In this document: piece by piece, positions 14,091-26,167 of the stretch
How positions within the stretch are numbered: the first letter of the stretch is position 1
Layout of the letters: each line of letters opens with the position of its first letter
Assembly: GCF_018350175.1 (NCBI RefSeq)
Contig: NC_058368.1
Coordinates: 11,098,001 to 11,162,000, forward strand
Length of the DNA stretch: 64,000 nt
Source of the DNA: Felis catus
Taxonomy: Eukaryota
Direction of reading: 5' to 3'
The notes under the pieces: model-generated
What the model was told of the DNA's origin: nothing
Seen by the model: only the letters and a program-made list of their open reading frames with translations
Databases searched by the model: none
Program-made: the position numbers and the translations under genes

Positions 14091-14504
14091 TGAAATTGCT
14101 ACCAAAACAGACTTACTATGAAGCAAATGCTTCATTTTTTCTCCATAGACTCTTGCGTTTGCAGTTAAAGACTCCAGCTTGTCTCCCGTGTCCATCGGCT
14201 CACCAAATCGTGTAGTCTTAATCTGCAGACTTCCTAGACCTGGCCCTTCCTTTCCACTCTCCCAGTCGGCCCTCTAGTTTGGTGTAGGTCTTCATTAATT
14301 ATTGCCCTTTGACCCTCTGTTGCCCTGGGTTTTGAATACCAATCCCAGACCTGGCATCCACCATTTTCAGTGGTGTGCCTGTAACCTGGCTTTCTCACGT
14401 TCATCCTCAGACTCCCCTATGCATGTCAAACACTGTCCCCTCGTGCACCTGTGCTTTCACACCTCTATGATGTTCCTTCTACTAGCAACAGACTTTCCTC
14501 AAGC

Positions 14505-14650
14505 CTTCATTCAGTAGGCATTTGCTGAACAATTTTCATGTGCCAGGCAATTGGGGGCCCAAAAACGAATTAATCACAGACCTCTGCCTTAGAGAGGTTC
14601 GCAGTCAACCTGGAGAAACAGACAAATATACAACTAGTTATATTTTGTAT
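14505..14650 (-). mobile_element. Antisense L2 3' end
   Basis: TTCATTCAGTAGGCATTTGCTGAAC...ATGTGCCAGGCA...CCTCTGCCTTAGAGAGGTTC. Confidence 0.55.
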
Positions 14651-14879
14651 AATAAGTACTAGTTATGGTTAAATATATTACCCGGTGGTGGAAGTGGGAT
14701 TCGAATCCAGGTCGACCTGCCTCCAAAGCCATTTTGCTTTAAGGTAAGGAGAGATCAAAGCAATTGCAGTGATCTGATATGGCTGGCACCAGGGTATGTG
14801 TTGGAGAGGGACAGGATATGGAGCTACAGAATGTCTGTGGATGGCACGCTGAGGGCCTAAAACCTAACCCTATTTATAA

Positions 14880-15090
14880 CGAGAGTAACAATAAGTAATA
14901 ACTCATAACTTGGTTCCATGCTCTGTTCTAAGTGTTTTGCACATACTAGCTCAGTTAATCCTCACGGCGACTTTATGATGGAAAATAACTGTATCTTTTT
15001 ATAGATAAACTGAGGCACAGAAAGATTAAGTGATTCACACAATGTCACATTGTGGGTTCAGAGTCTGAGATCTTTACTACTGTGCTTTAA
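14880..15090 (-). mobile_element. MIR
   Basis: CTCAGTTAATCCTCAC...AGATAAACTGAGGCACAGAAAGATTAAGTGA (MIR core). Confidence 0.75.
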
Positions 15091-16765
15091 TAATTTATGT
15101 GCTCAGTCGTCTTGTCTCCGCAAGCAGATTACAAACCATAAAAGGTCAGAGACTGTCGTAGGCACTTTGTATCCCTAGCAGAACTCTATGCATGGACACC
15201 AGGAAATTGGAATGGAATTGAATTAAACAAAGAACCTCCAAAGTCTCCTGTGAAGTACTCATACTTGCTTTGAGAATTATGCAGACCTATGTTGTTGGGC
15301 GAAAGTTGGAGAAAAAGCAAGTGACTGTTTACTCCACCATCCGAACTCAACATCGTGTGTCCTTCAGAAGCAGGTAACGAATCTCTGTTGGCTGCAATCG
15401 TGCTGTGTGGTCTCCACCTCTCAAAGTCAGGATCTCCTCAATTTGGAAGCTGTCACCTTACTGAACCTCCCACTGGTTTCAAACTGTAACTTGACTGAAA
15501 GGCACTTAGAATATGATTCCAGAATGTGAGAGGCGCTAGCTTTTTAAATTCACTTGTTCTAAGCCTGTAGCTTTTTAGGGGGAGAGAGTGAGCCTTGCTG
15601 GTTCAGATTCCAGCATAATAGAGTCATATGTGTAAGCTTAAAGAGGATGCTATGCAAATGAACACTTGTTTCCTGTTTGAGCCAAAGACAGAGCACTATG
15701 CCTATAACGAGTCTTCTATTTTACGTTATGGGAATCGGTTGGCTCACCTGTGCAGCCGCGATAGGAATGTCACCGAAGACCGACATGCCTGTGCACACAA
15801 AGGGTGGAATATGTGAAGCCTCTTCTCTCCCCCCCCCACCCCCTCACCCTCACATGAGGGAGGAGCGAGCTGCCATGAGGTCATGTAAGGACACGCAGCA
15901 CTTCTCATTCCAACCATAGCTTCGCGTTTGCTTTAAAGGAATGAAGCAGGAGGGTGGAGGGAAGAGATGGGAAGAGCGACATCACACGCTCACCCTCTCA
16001 TACCTCAGCCTTTTCATGGCTTTCCCTGTCACAGCCCTACCCCACCCCACAAATCAAAATCAGCCTTGGCCTTTGAGGCCAGGTTCAACAAAGCCTTCTT
16101 GTATAACAGCAATGGCAGCTAATGTTAATTGAACACACTTGCCAGGTGCAAGATGCTGTTCTATCGGGAGATCAGCGCATGTAACGTTCCAAGCGGTGCA
16201 TTCACTGTTCCTGTCTACGTTTACCGACTGCAGCCGCTGAGGTGCAGAGAAGTTTAGTGAGTCGCCTGGGATGGGAGAGCAGACTCAGATCCATGCCGTG
16301 TTACTCCAAAGCCCAGGCTTGTGGCCTTTGTGCTGCATTTCCTTGGCCATGAAACTTCTGATCTTCAAATTCTCCTTGCCTCCACTTCCAGCTAGAAATC
16401 ATGTATCCTTCTAACAAATGCTCACGGTGCTGTATCTGTGTTTCTTTTATGGGACTTAGCAGTGTTAACACCCTGTGATCATTATTTATATGAAGTCTTC
16501 ACTTTTCCTATTAAATTGGGAGCACGGAGGCCAAGTCTGTTTCTTATTTGGCATATTTTCCACCGCACCCGACGTAATGTGTGGCACCCACAGGCAAGAA
16601 TGAGGAAGGTTGTTTCTGATCAGATTTGACCTTTCTGAGCACCTGCACCTTGACAGGACTTTGGGAATCTAGGAAACCACTTGCAGCAATACTTCAGCTG
16701 GTTTTCCTTAAGAAAAGTAAAGATTAACCTGAAGAAGCTTGAATCGTGGTTTTACTCACAAAAAT

Positions 16766-17157
16766 GAGAATGGGCTTAAGAATCCACTTCGATGGAAAAC
16801 ATTTCATTCTTTAAAAAAAAATTCTGTTCTTCCTGTTATTGGTAGTTCTGAACCTTAGCTATTGTTTTTTTTTCCAATGGGTTAAAGAGTACATAAATTG
16901 TTGAGAAAAATAGGACACAGGACTTAGGTATTGGCAGTTTTTTCCATTTTCACTTCTGTGTGAATTTTTAATATAAATGTGGGGATGTAAAGCATTAATG
17001 CAAGTGAAAATGTTTCGGTGAACAAGTTTCAGCAATTCAGCTTTATAACAATTATAAATAAATCTGTTCAATTTTTTCTGGACAATGCCAGTATTTGGAT
17101 TTGTTTTAACAAGTAAATTTCTCATTGATGCCAAAAAAAAAAAAAAAAAAAAAAAAA
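16766..17157 (+). pseudogene. H3F3A: 5'-truncated processed pseudogene (retrocopy) of histone H3.3A mRNA: last codons, proximal 3' UTR and poly(A)
   Basis: GAGAATGGGCTTAAGAATCCAC resembles the H3F3A end (GAA CGT GCT TAA GAATCCAC; stop at 16777-16779). About 350 nt follow that match my recollection of the H3F3A 3' UTR (CTTCCTGTTATTGGTAGTTCTGAAC, GTAAAGCATTAATGCAAG, TTTTCTGGACAATGCCAG, AACAAGTAAATTTCTCATTGATG), then A25 at 17133-17157. No clear TSD. Confidence 0.9.
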
Positions 17158-17525
17158 CAGGCAAATCATACACCATCGTCTACCCTACAGTGCTTTTCCC
17201 TCAATAACCCTGGTTCCTTGCTGTCCTGGCATGGTTCAGAGGTCAGTAGCATCCCAGTACTCCTCAGAGCTTCTTCTCGTGTATGGTTCAGATGTGCTGA
17301 TCCTTTCTGTGCCTCTCATTTGTTTAGTGACAGAGTGGAAGCTTCCTTGGATCCTCCGTGGCAGGCTGCAGAGACACCCCCAACTCACGATGCTTCAAAT
17401 TTAGACATTAAAGGATCTAGTTGTCATTAACTGTACTTTGAAGTTCTTCTATTGTTTAAACGTAGTCACGTGGTTTCAAACATTCTGGGAAGTACCTGCT
17501 GCAGCTGTTTATTATGCCAGGAATG

Positions 17526-17528
<3 letters not shown>

Positions 17529-17579
<51 letters not shown>
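17529..17579. repeat. (CT)n microsatellite, about 25 units
   Basis: Read directly; not attached to a SINE head. Confidence 0.97.
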
Positions 17580-17582
<3 letters not shown>

Positions 17583-19603
17583 ATCTTCTTCTTGGGCTGT
17601 GACAAATGAGAAGGGTCTTCGGTTCATACCCTCATCCAGTTCTGGGCAGAAGAGACCTGTTTTGAGGGTGACGCCGGCCCTGTCATTCCTCCCATGTTCC
17701 ACTCTTAAACATCTTTCTGGATGCATTATTAAAGATTTTGGGGGTTTTCTCTTTAACCTTTCCAAAATCACCAGTTTCTAAGCTATACTGGCACAGCATT
17801 TTGTTCATAATTCCGCACAAGCACTGATCAATAAATGACCCAGTGGGGGATGGGGGGGTGCAGAGAAGAGGAAGAGAGGAACTAGTGGGCCCAGGCTCGC
17901 TAGTACGAGCAATGCCGCCCCCTCTCCTCAGAGCACGGGCTGAACAGGATGTACAGTCACAGCACCATCATCTTTGCTGATGTGAATAAATCACAAAGGT
18001 GCTCACGGCTGGCCCGAGGTGAGGTTTGATGTCTGTGCTGCCTGCCATGGAGGAAAATCCCCAGCTGGCCCAGATGTCGCTGCCACCGCCCCCGACCCCC
18101 TCCGTCAGCATAGCAGGAATTCTAGCAAATCCTTAATGTTGCGCCCGCACCTGTGACAGCCACATACTATTCCCTCAAAAGGAAACAGATACTGCTCCGT
18201 CTGTGTTCGAGTTGTTTCAAAAGCTGGAGACAAAGAAGTGACCAAAGCCAGACTGCTTGAGCCCCCGGAGTGACAAATTCTTGCTCTTGCTGCCATGGCC
18301 TGAGGGAACTGAATACCCTGCCCCTCCCTTGGAGATGAGGTTCTGGCAGAGCTCCTCAACCCCGCGGGTCCTGCTGCTCCATTCACTGCCTTGGCTGAAG
18401 ACACAGGTATGGCCTTGCCGTTAGCTGAGGTCCGAAGACACGGAAAAGTGACAGTCTCCCTCCCGGTGTTGCCACAAGCCCGGGCCCTGCTGGTTCACCC
18501 AAGCTGTCGGGGCTCCTCGGGGGGTAAGAATAGATGTCCCTTCCCTCAGAGCTGCACTCTGTCCTGAAAGCTCCAGTGGCACAGCTATCTCGTTTCACTC
18601 GCACAACCTGAGAGCACCACCCTGATGGAGCCAACTGCCACCATCTGCTTTGGATCAGATTCTAGAATAAGTCACTTCGTGGACAAAGACCAATATCCCG
18701 TCAGTGTCCAGTGCTTGGTGCCGAGGCAGTTCTACTGGCTCTGTCGGCTCCTAGCTTCCAGAGGCTTCCTCTCCCAGACACCTCTGTTCTTTTTTCCATC
18801 TAGTCTCAATCAAGGCACTGTCACCAGACAAATGCCCTCTCCCTCTCCCTCTCTCTCTTTCTCTCTCTCATCTTGCTTCTTTGGCTGTGACAAACGAGAA
18901 GGGTCTTAAGAACTTTGAATCTGAAAGGGAAGTGGCTAGGGTTCAGCTTCCTTTATGCCAAGAAGGCCTTTCAGCTTCCAGGTAAACTAGTGGGTACCAT
19001 GAGCTTACATGGAAGACAAGCCCCGCTGGAGTCCCACCTAGGGACATGAGGCTCCAGACGTTGGCAGGCAGAAGAGAGGTCGAGGTTCCTCCACCCACCT
19101 GCAGGGTCTGAGCCTAGGCCTTGGTTTTACCCAGCTGTACAGTCACGTACACAATTATCTTCTCGCCTGTAAATAGAGGAGGGAATCTTCTAGTAACTGG
19201 TGCCACGGGTTTCTTCCCAGCAGGTTAACTTTTATTTCTGTCCATCTCTTTTAATTTGGGAATGTATTATTGATGTACATTTCATGAGTAAATACTTACA
19301 AAAAATATTTTAAGTTGTTTTTATATATATAAAAGCTTTATAAACCTTTTCTGGAGCATGAACCATGTCATAATTGAATATAAATCTGTGTGTATGTGCA
19401 TGTGTATACAGATCCCCCATTCACGTGCATCCTGTGTGTCCTGGGGCTCTGTGGGAAAGGCATGTCCCATCATGGGCTGCAGCCAAGCGAAGGTTGAAAG
19501 TTGGCACTCAGGAGATACACCCCCCCACTCCCACGGCCCCCTCTGAGCCACCACCTCCGTCGCATCACCTTGGCTCCTGTGCATCCTGCCACTTCCAAAT
19601 GCT

Positions 19604-19812
19604 CTTTTCTTTTTGAGAGAGGGAGAGAGACAGAGAGTGCACGTGTGCGCCCTCAAGCCGGGGAGGGGCAGAGAGAGAAGGGGGACAGAGGATCTGAAGC
19701 AGGCTCTGTGCCGACAGCAGCGAGCCCAACGTGGGGCTCAAACTGACGAACCGTGAGATCAGAATCTGAGCTGAAGTCAGACACTTAACCGACCGGGCCA
19801 CCCAAGTGCCCC
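19604..19812 (-). mobile_element. CAN-SINE
   Basis: Reverse-complement head (CTTAACCGACCGGGCCACCCAAGTGCCCC) and GA tract. Confidence 0.92.
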
Positions 19813-20655
19813 TCCTGTTGCTGTTTTAAAGTGTTGTTCCTTTAATGCGGTATTTCTGCTACTCAAAATGCATGCGTATACCAGTGCATAATGCGTACCT
19901 GTGCTTTGGTGCATCAGCCTTGCCTGAGTAAAGTTGCGGGACCAAATCTTTTGCAGATAGCCATCTGCCTACGTACTAATTGAGGCAAGTCAACATGGGA
20001 GAGCCCTTTCAAACGCTTAGGATGTTGCAGAGTGGCCATTTTAGCTACCGAATTCCTCGTGTGGGGGTTCAGTGGACACAGGAGTTCCGTGGCACCAGTG
20101 AGCAAACCATGGAATGCTTGGAAAATGAGCAGACAGTTAAGCCCCCACTAAGCGCCAGGCGCTCAAGCATCTGACCCTGCTGCCAGCTGCTGCTGGCCGG
20201 CGTGCACGAATGAAAGGCTACCAGAGCCTCCCGTTAGACGCCAGCCCTCATTTCAGTGCCCAGAACATTTGGAAAACATCGCTATCAGATAGGGCAATTC
20301 ATTTCCTTCAGACAGGACACGGAGTTGAAAGGAGGTTAAATGAAAAGAAGCACAACAGTGCGGGCTCCCAGGCCTTCCTTTTGTGCGTACATATTAATAG
20401 ACACTTGCATAAAAGCTATATAGCTTTGTAATGTCTTGTGATAGGGGTAGGACTTCGGGCGGGGCGAGCGTTGTTCATTCTCCATTTGCTTGTGTTTGGT
20501 TGCTCAGCGTATTTCTGGTCCTGGGATGACAGTGCGAGAATCCGATGCGATTCAACAGGTAGGAGCAGGTGAAAATGTGTCTCCTTGCGATTTGGATTTC
20601 TTGTCAAGTCCCCTCCTGGGCTCTTGAAATATAAAAGGAAGACAGTACATTTTTA

Positions 20656-20860
20656 CATAATTTTCTAAGTTTATTTATTTGAGAGAGATAGAGTCGGGGC
20701 AGGGGGGCAGAGAGAGAGGGAGGGAGAGAGAGAATCCCAAGCAGCCTCTGCACTGTCAGCACAGAGCTGATATGGGGCTGGAACTCACAAACTGGGAGAT
20801 CACGACCTGAGCTGAAACCAAGAGTCAGATGCTTAACCGACGGAGCCACCCAGGTGCCCT
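20656..20860 (-). mobile_element. CAN-SINE (older type)
   Basis: Reverse-complement SINE. TSD GGAAGAYAGTACATTTTT. Confidence 0.94.
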
Positions 20861-21592
20861 GGAAGATAGTACATTTTTAAAGACACTTTCCATACTTTTG
20901 CTCAAGGAATAAAACAGAACTCGATTTAGCTGGGGGTTGAGGAGGTGCAGGCTTTACGTCTCTAATGCATCAAAAGCACTGCTTGTTTATCTAAGACTAA
21001 ATGTTGAGAGTAAAAATTCCTGTAAGAGGGGCTTAGTTTATAGGAGAAGGTGAGGCAGGAGGATTGGTGCTGTGCTCAGTCGCTAAGCTCTGTGAGACAC
21101 ATTTTCTGCCCGTGTAACACGTCTTACTTACAAAGCAGCTGGAAGTATGCATGAGATACACACACGACAATGTTCTGATCCCAGCCCTCACCGCTTTTTA
21201 ATTGCCTTTCTATTGTCTTTTTATTGCCTAATTAACAATCCCATACAACGCGTGTAAATTGGCATAAAGCCATTCTGCCCGTAACATGCTTCTCTATGAT
21301 TAGTAGCAGGGAACCACACCGTAACATCGCCTGGTATGCTGTCCAGCTCATCACTGGCTCCCTGGAGACTCCCTAGTGCCTGTCACATAGGAACGGCCTG
21401 TAAATTAGCTTTTCTAATCTTAGGCACCTATCAATTATTCACCAGCCTGGCTCCTCTTGTACATTATCTTATAGACCTCACCCTGGCAACCTTGCACCTC
21501 ATTTCTAAATCTTGCTCTGAAACCGATACCTTAATATTAGGTTTCTGCAGCTTTACGTTCTTCTATATGTCAGCTGATTCTGAAAGTGTCCT

Positions 21593-21643
21593 TTCTTCTT
21601 CTTCTTCTTCTTCTTCTTCTTCTTCTTCTTCTTCTTCTTCTTC
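21593..21643. repeat. (TTC)17 trinucleotide repeat
   Basis: Read directly from the sequence. Confidence 0.96.
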
Positions 21644-22829
21644 CTTTACCTATAGAAAACTTTCTGTGAAGGTTAAGAAATCAAGGCTATCGCTTTCCAC
21701 TTTTCAGTATCGATTATGAGATCATACTTCTGATAAATCAGTCATTGAGCTTTTGAGAGAAAACACACAGGCAAGAACTTTTGCTTTGTTTTTTATATAC
21801 TACCTTGCTTGCAGTGTTAAATGAGAGAGTATAAATTGTGTTCACTGCTCTTTTCAAATAAGTGCAATTCAAAATTACCTGCATTACATTATTCCTTTTC
21901 ATTGCAGAAGGAGAAAATTGCATATATCAGGTTCCTAATACTTGTATATGTAAAACATAATCTGTAATATTAAGTCCATGATTGCCAGAAAAGATAACAT
22001 AGAGAAATTTGTTCTTTTTATAATTTTTATTTATTTATTTATTTTTTACTATGAGCACAAGCAAAAGAAACAACCATGTTGAGGCGGGAACTACATAATG
22101 TCATTAATCGGTCGTCCTAACGGGATAGCCAATTATCATCTTGAGTGCCTCACATACAAGAACTAACTGGTGGCTCCTGGAGAGAGTTTGCCAGCTCAGA
22201 AAAGAAACAGAGATTACAATTATAATATTAATAGTCTTAATAAGCATGTGTACACTATCTTTGGGGTGGACTGGTGCCCCTTGGTCCGTGCTGAGCCATC
22301 AGTATCGACTGAATGACTTTCACTTTGTAGTCGTGCAAATTAGACGGGAGATGATTTCTCATGAGGAAAATAGCATTCTCAGAGAGATGTCAGAACAACA
22401 CAACCAGACACGCTCCATATTTATTAACGTGTCTAAAGATGGGCCCGTGAGTGCTGCCCATCAGTGGTATTGCCGCGAAGTCCCAAGTCAGACCCACAGG
22501 AACTGATACAGCCTGGGCCGGGGGACAGGAAATGAGCTACAGTAAGGAGACTTCACAGCCTGAATGACCAGGTATGGCAAATGGTGATATTTTAAAGAAC
22601 AATTTAGGGTTTAAGTAAATCAAGGATCCAGTGAAGGAAATTAATGATACCCCAGTTCAATACCATGGAACATTTTGCCCATAGTCCTGACATTACAGCA
22701 AATACAGTACATTCTAAAGCTTCTTTGGTGCCATATTGTGATATTACAGGACACTTTTACGTCGCTCTTGGAGAGAGAAGATGATATTAAGCAAAATAGT
22801 TGGAAACATTTCCACTTCTGTTTGTATTG

Positions 22830-22945
22830 GGACTTTATTTTTTTAGAGCAGTTTTGGGTTCACAGCAAAATTGAGAAGGTACAGAGATTTCCCACCTACC
22901 CCCTGCCCTCATACGTGCTTAGCCGCCCCCATTATCAAAATCCCC
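22830..22945 (-). mobile_element. Short antisense L1 3'-end fragment (L1MC/MD-like)
   Basis: TTTTTAGAGCAGTTTTGGGTTCACAGCAAAATTGAGAAGGTACAGAGATTTCCCA. Confidence 0.65.
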
Positions 22946-24080
22946 ATTTCTACTAATTTTCATGAGTGTCCAAATCTTTCTAATTTTTGTTGAGTTTTTC
23001 ATGTTAAGAAATACCCATATATTTAGTAAGTGTGTTTCTTTTAACACACTTGGTTGTAAGCCAAGAACTGTACTAGGGCATGGGCTATTGATCCCAGTAT
23101 AGTGCTCATTACATAGAAGACTTAACATTTAGTGAATAACTTGACAGAAGATGAATAATGCGTCCTTGAGAAACTTGACAAACTCACAATCTAATAGTTG
23201 GGTCAGGGTGGAGGAGAAAAGCATATGAATTTTAAAATCATAGTGAAGTAAGGTGTACAGTTATAACAGATGTCAGAAAGTACCAGGAAAGTGAGTGGCA
23301 AATGAAAACATCTCCAGAAAATATAAAAATCACGAAGAGATACCACTTTTTATTGGCATTTGCAACCACAAAACTTCACTTCCAGGGGCACTCAAAGTTA
23401 TAGCAAGTTACATTTGTAGGAAAAAAAAATTAAAATGAAGCATGTTAAATGTGATCGTCCCAGAAACGACAATTAGAACAAAGGATTTTGCATTTTTAAG
23501 CAAGGTCTTAATACCCAATATTTTTCAAATAATGGGCACCATATCTCATCAACCAGTTACCCCTGTAATGTATGTACCTTCTTACTGTACAGATTAAGCT
23601 TCCTTATATATGAAACTATACTTACTATGATACTATTTTATGCTCAGTTCTCACCTTTATCATTATTGCTGTATTTATTACAGTTATTCAAAAGGTCAAA
23701 TAATTCATGGGGTGGTAGAACTGAGTTTAAGTAATGATGTGCATCTTTAAGCAGGGTTTTGGAAGTATTTAGGATTTCTCGATGGCTAGTTTGAGAAACT
23801 CATTTAGGGAGTACTGTATTTTATTTTTCCCACTCATTCTCATCTTTAACTGTTATAGAGCAGGCATACAAATTAGGACCCCAGTATCAATCTCTCAGTA
23901 TTTGGAGACAAATCCTCTCTATTGGTAGAGGTGGGGGGTGGGGGGGCATCTTATCTACAACAACTCTTTTAAATTGAACTCCAACAAAATGTGTAACCCA
24001 ACAAATGCAACTTCTCATTCCAGTTTTATTATTTATGCTTTATTTGCAACAGCATCACTTCCTAGTGTTTTACTGGCTTA

Positions 24081-24306
24081 AAAAAAAGAAAACTTTCATG
24101 TTTTATTTATTCGAGAGAGAGAGAGAGAGAGAGGGAGGGAATGAGCGGGGGAGGAGCAGAGCAAGAGAGGGACACAGAATCCGAAGCGGGCTCCAGGCTC
24201 AGAGCGGTCAGCCCAGAGCCTGACGCGGGGCTCGAACTCACCAACCGTGAGATCATGACCTGAGCCGAAGTCGGACGCCCAACCGACTGAGCCACCCAGG
24301 CGCCCC
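24081..24306 (-). mobile_element. CAN-SINE (feliform type, CpG-rich)
   Basis: Reverse-complement SINE. TSD GTGTTTTRCTGGCTT. Confidence 0.95.
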
Positions 24307-24344
24307 TGTGTTTTGCTGGCTTTGTTACAAATATCTCATATCTT

Positions 24345-24545
24345 CATTGAAACAGACCTGGGTTTGAGTCGGATCCCAGCTTACTGACTGTAACGTTTCA
24401 CAGTTTATATCTCAAAACCCCAGTGCCCCCTTCTGTAAAATGCAAATAATAAGATTTTGTGGGTAATAAAGGAATGAACTGATCCTCACGATGCACAGCG
24501 CAGTGTCTTGCACGCGGCATACAGTTTGTAAATGTTGGCAACGGG
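24345..24545 (+). mobile_element. MIR
   Basis: CAGACCTGGGTTTGAGTC...CTGTAAAATGCAAATAATAA...AAATGTTGGC. Confidence 0.7.
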
Positions 24546-25714
24546 CCTTGCACAGACAAGTGCCTGAAGCCACATAGTGCATGGCCTCCATGGCTCTCTG
24601 TGGCCACACTGGTTCCTTGTTGTTGCTATAGTTACATCTGTGGGGAAGAGTTTTCTGAGTTCAAAATACTAGGCTCACCTATAGACTTAGACTGTGACCT
24701 TGTTTTAAGTTGGAACTTTAATAGAAAACTAGAAAGACAAATGTGAGGGACGTTGAGGAGTGGGAGAGCCCTCTCTGAAATATTCTCAAAGATTGGGTTC
24801 TTAAAAGACGGGCTAGAGGAAGGGGTGTTCAAGTCAGGGAGAGTGGTTCACGCTCACTCAAGTGAAGGTTTAAATGGGGTTTCGTGCCAAGCTTGAAGGA
24901 AAAGTGCCTTTGTGTAATTTTGACTGGAGGAACATCAGAAGATAACCAGCCTCGTAGAATGACAAGTGACAGGCTTGTTGTGAGGGGAGCCTGGGACCTT
25001 CCCTTCAGAACGTGTCTTCATTCAGAAGAAGGCACACATCTGAAATGACTGTCAACTGGACAAGCCCCCCAACCGCCACCCCACCCCAGGCTCCTGGTCC
25101 TTGACCACAGCCCCCTGCAGACCCTAGATGCCCCACTGTGGGACTCTGACTGTTGTGGTAAGAACAGTGCCCCAGGCACAGGCGGAAGCGGGGCTGTCTG
25201 GGTTTACTCAACAGCCCTGGGAGTAAGAACTTTTTTCCCATCCTCAAAACAGGACTCCACCCTCAGAATAAAGCAGACTTCATAGCTGCCTAACTAAGTA
25301 GCCCCATGGGGTTTCTGGGAGCTAAAAAACCACAGCAGGGCTTTTCTCCTGACTGGGCAAGTCTCTGAGACAAGAAAAAGCGATCAATTTAGACCACAAG
25401 CTTTGACCTTGTGAATAGAAGGAGAATGGTATAAATAAAGAAACATAAAGTGGAGGAAACTCATAACGAGCAGAAAAATTATAGGCTTTAACCCACTGAC
25501 ACCTATGACCAGAAATTATTTTTTTTTTTTAGTACCTTAAAAACAAATACTGGACAGTTTAAATCTTTACCCTGGCTATCATTACTTTTATTTGTTTTAT
25601 GTGTAATGCAAATGATTAGGAACTGGTAAACAACGTATACTATTTTGACGTCTTGCCCATTTATGGCTTGCTTTGTACAGACAGTAGGGGAGGTCCTGCA
25701 TCCCCTACTCGGAA

Positions 25715-26167
25715 TGTATCGGTTTCCTAAGGCTGATGCAACAAATTGCCACAAATTTAGTGGCTTATGGCAACACAGCTCTATTGTCTTCCGTGTCTGG
25801 AGATCAGAAGTCTAAAATGGGTCGGCATGGCTGCATTCCTTCTGGAGAATCTAGAAGAAAATCCTTTCTTTGCCTTTTCCGGCTGCCAGAGGCTGCATTT
25901 CTTGGCTCACGGCCCTGCACACTGTGACCTCTGCTTCCATGGTCACATCTCCCTCTCAGACTCCAATCTCCCTGTCTCCTTCTTCTAGGGACTCTTGTGA
26001 TTGTACTCAGGGCCCACCCAGAAAGTTCAGGATATTCTCTCCATCTCAAGACCTTTGCCTTAATCCCATCTGCAGAGTCCCTTTTGCTACGCAACGTAAC
26101 ATAATCACACGGGTTCCTGGGGTCAGGACGCGGGCATCTCTGAGGGGCCATTATTCAGCTCCCCACC
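25715..26167 (-). mobile_element. MaLR solo LTR (MLT1C/D-like)
   Basis: TGTATCGGTTTCCTAAGGCTG...ACAAATTGCCACAAATTTAGTGGCTTA, CAGAAGTCTAAAAT, CATCTGCAGAGTCCCTTTTGC and GGGGCCATTATTC, all typical of antisense MLT1. Confidence 0.85.

Noticed and set aside
15289..15374. Exon-like open segment TYVVGRKLEKKQVTVYSTIRTQHRVSFRS ending AG|GTAAC
   Set aside because: Poor polypyrimidine tract, unrecognised peptide and no partner exons.
21336..21719. 127-aa ORF with poly-Ser
   Set aside because: The Ser run comes from the (TTC)n repeat; no recognisable domain.
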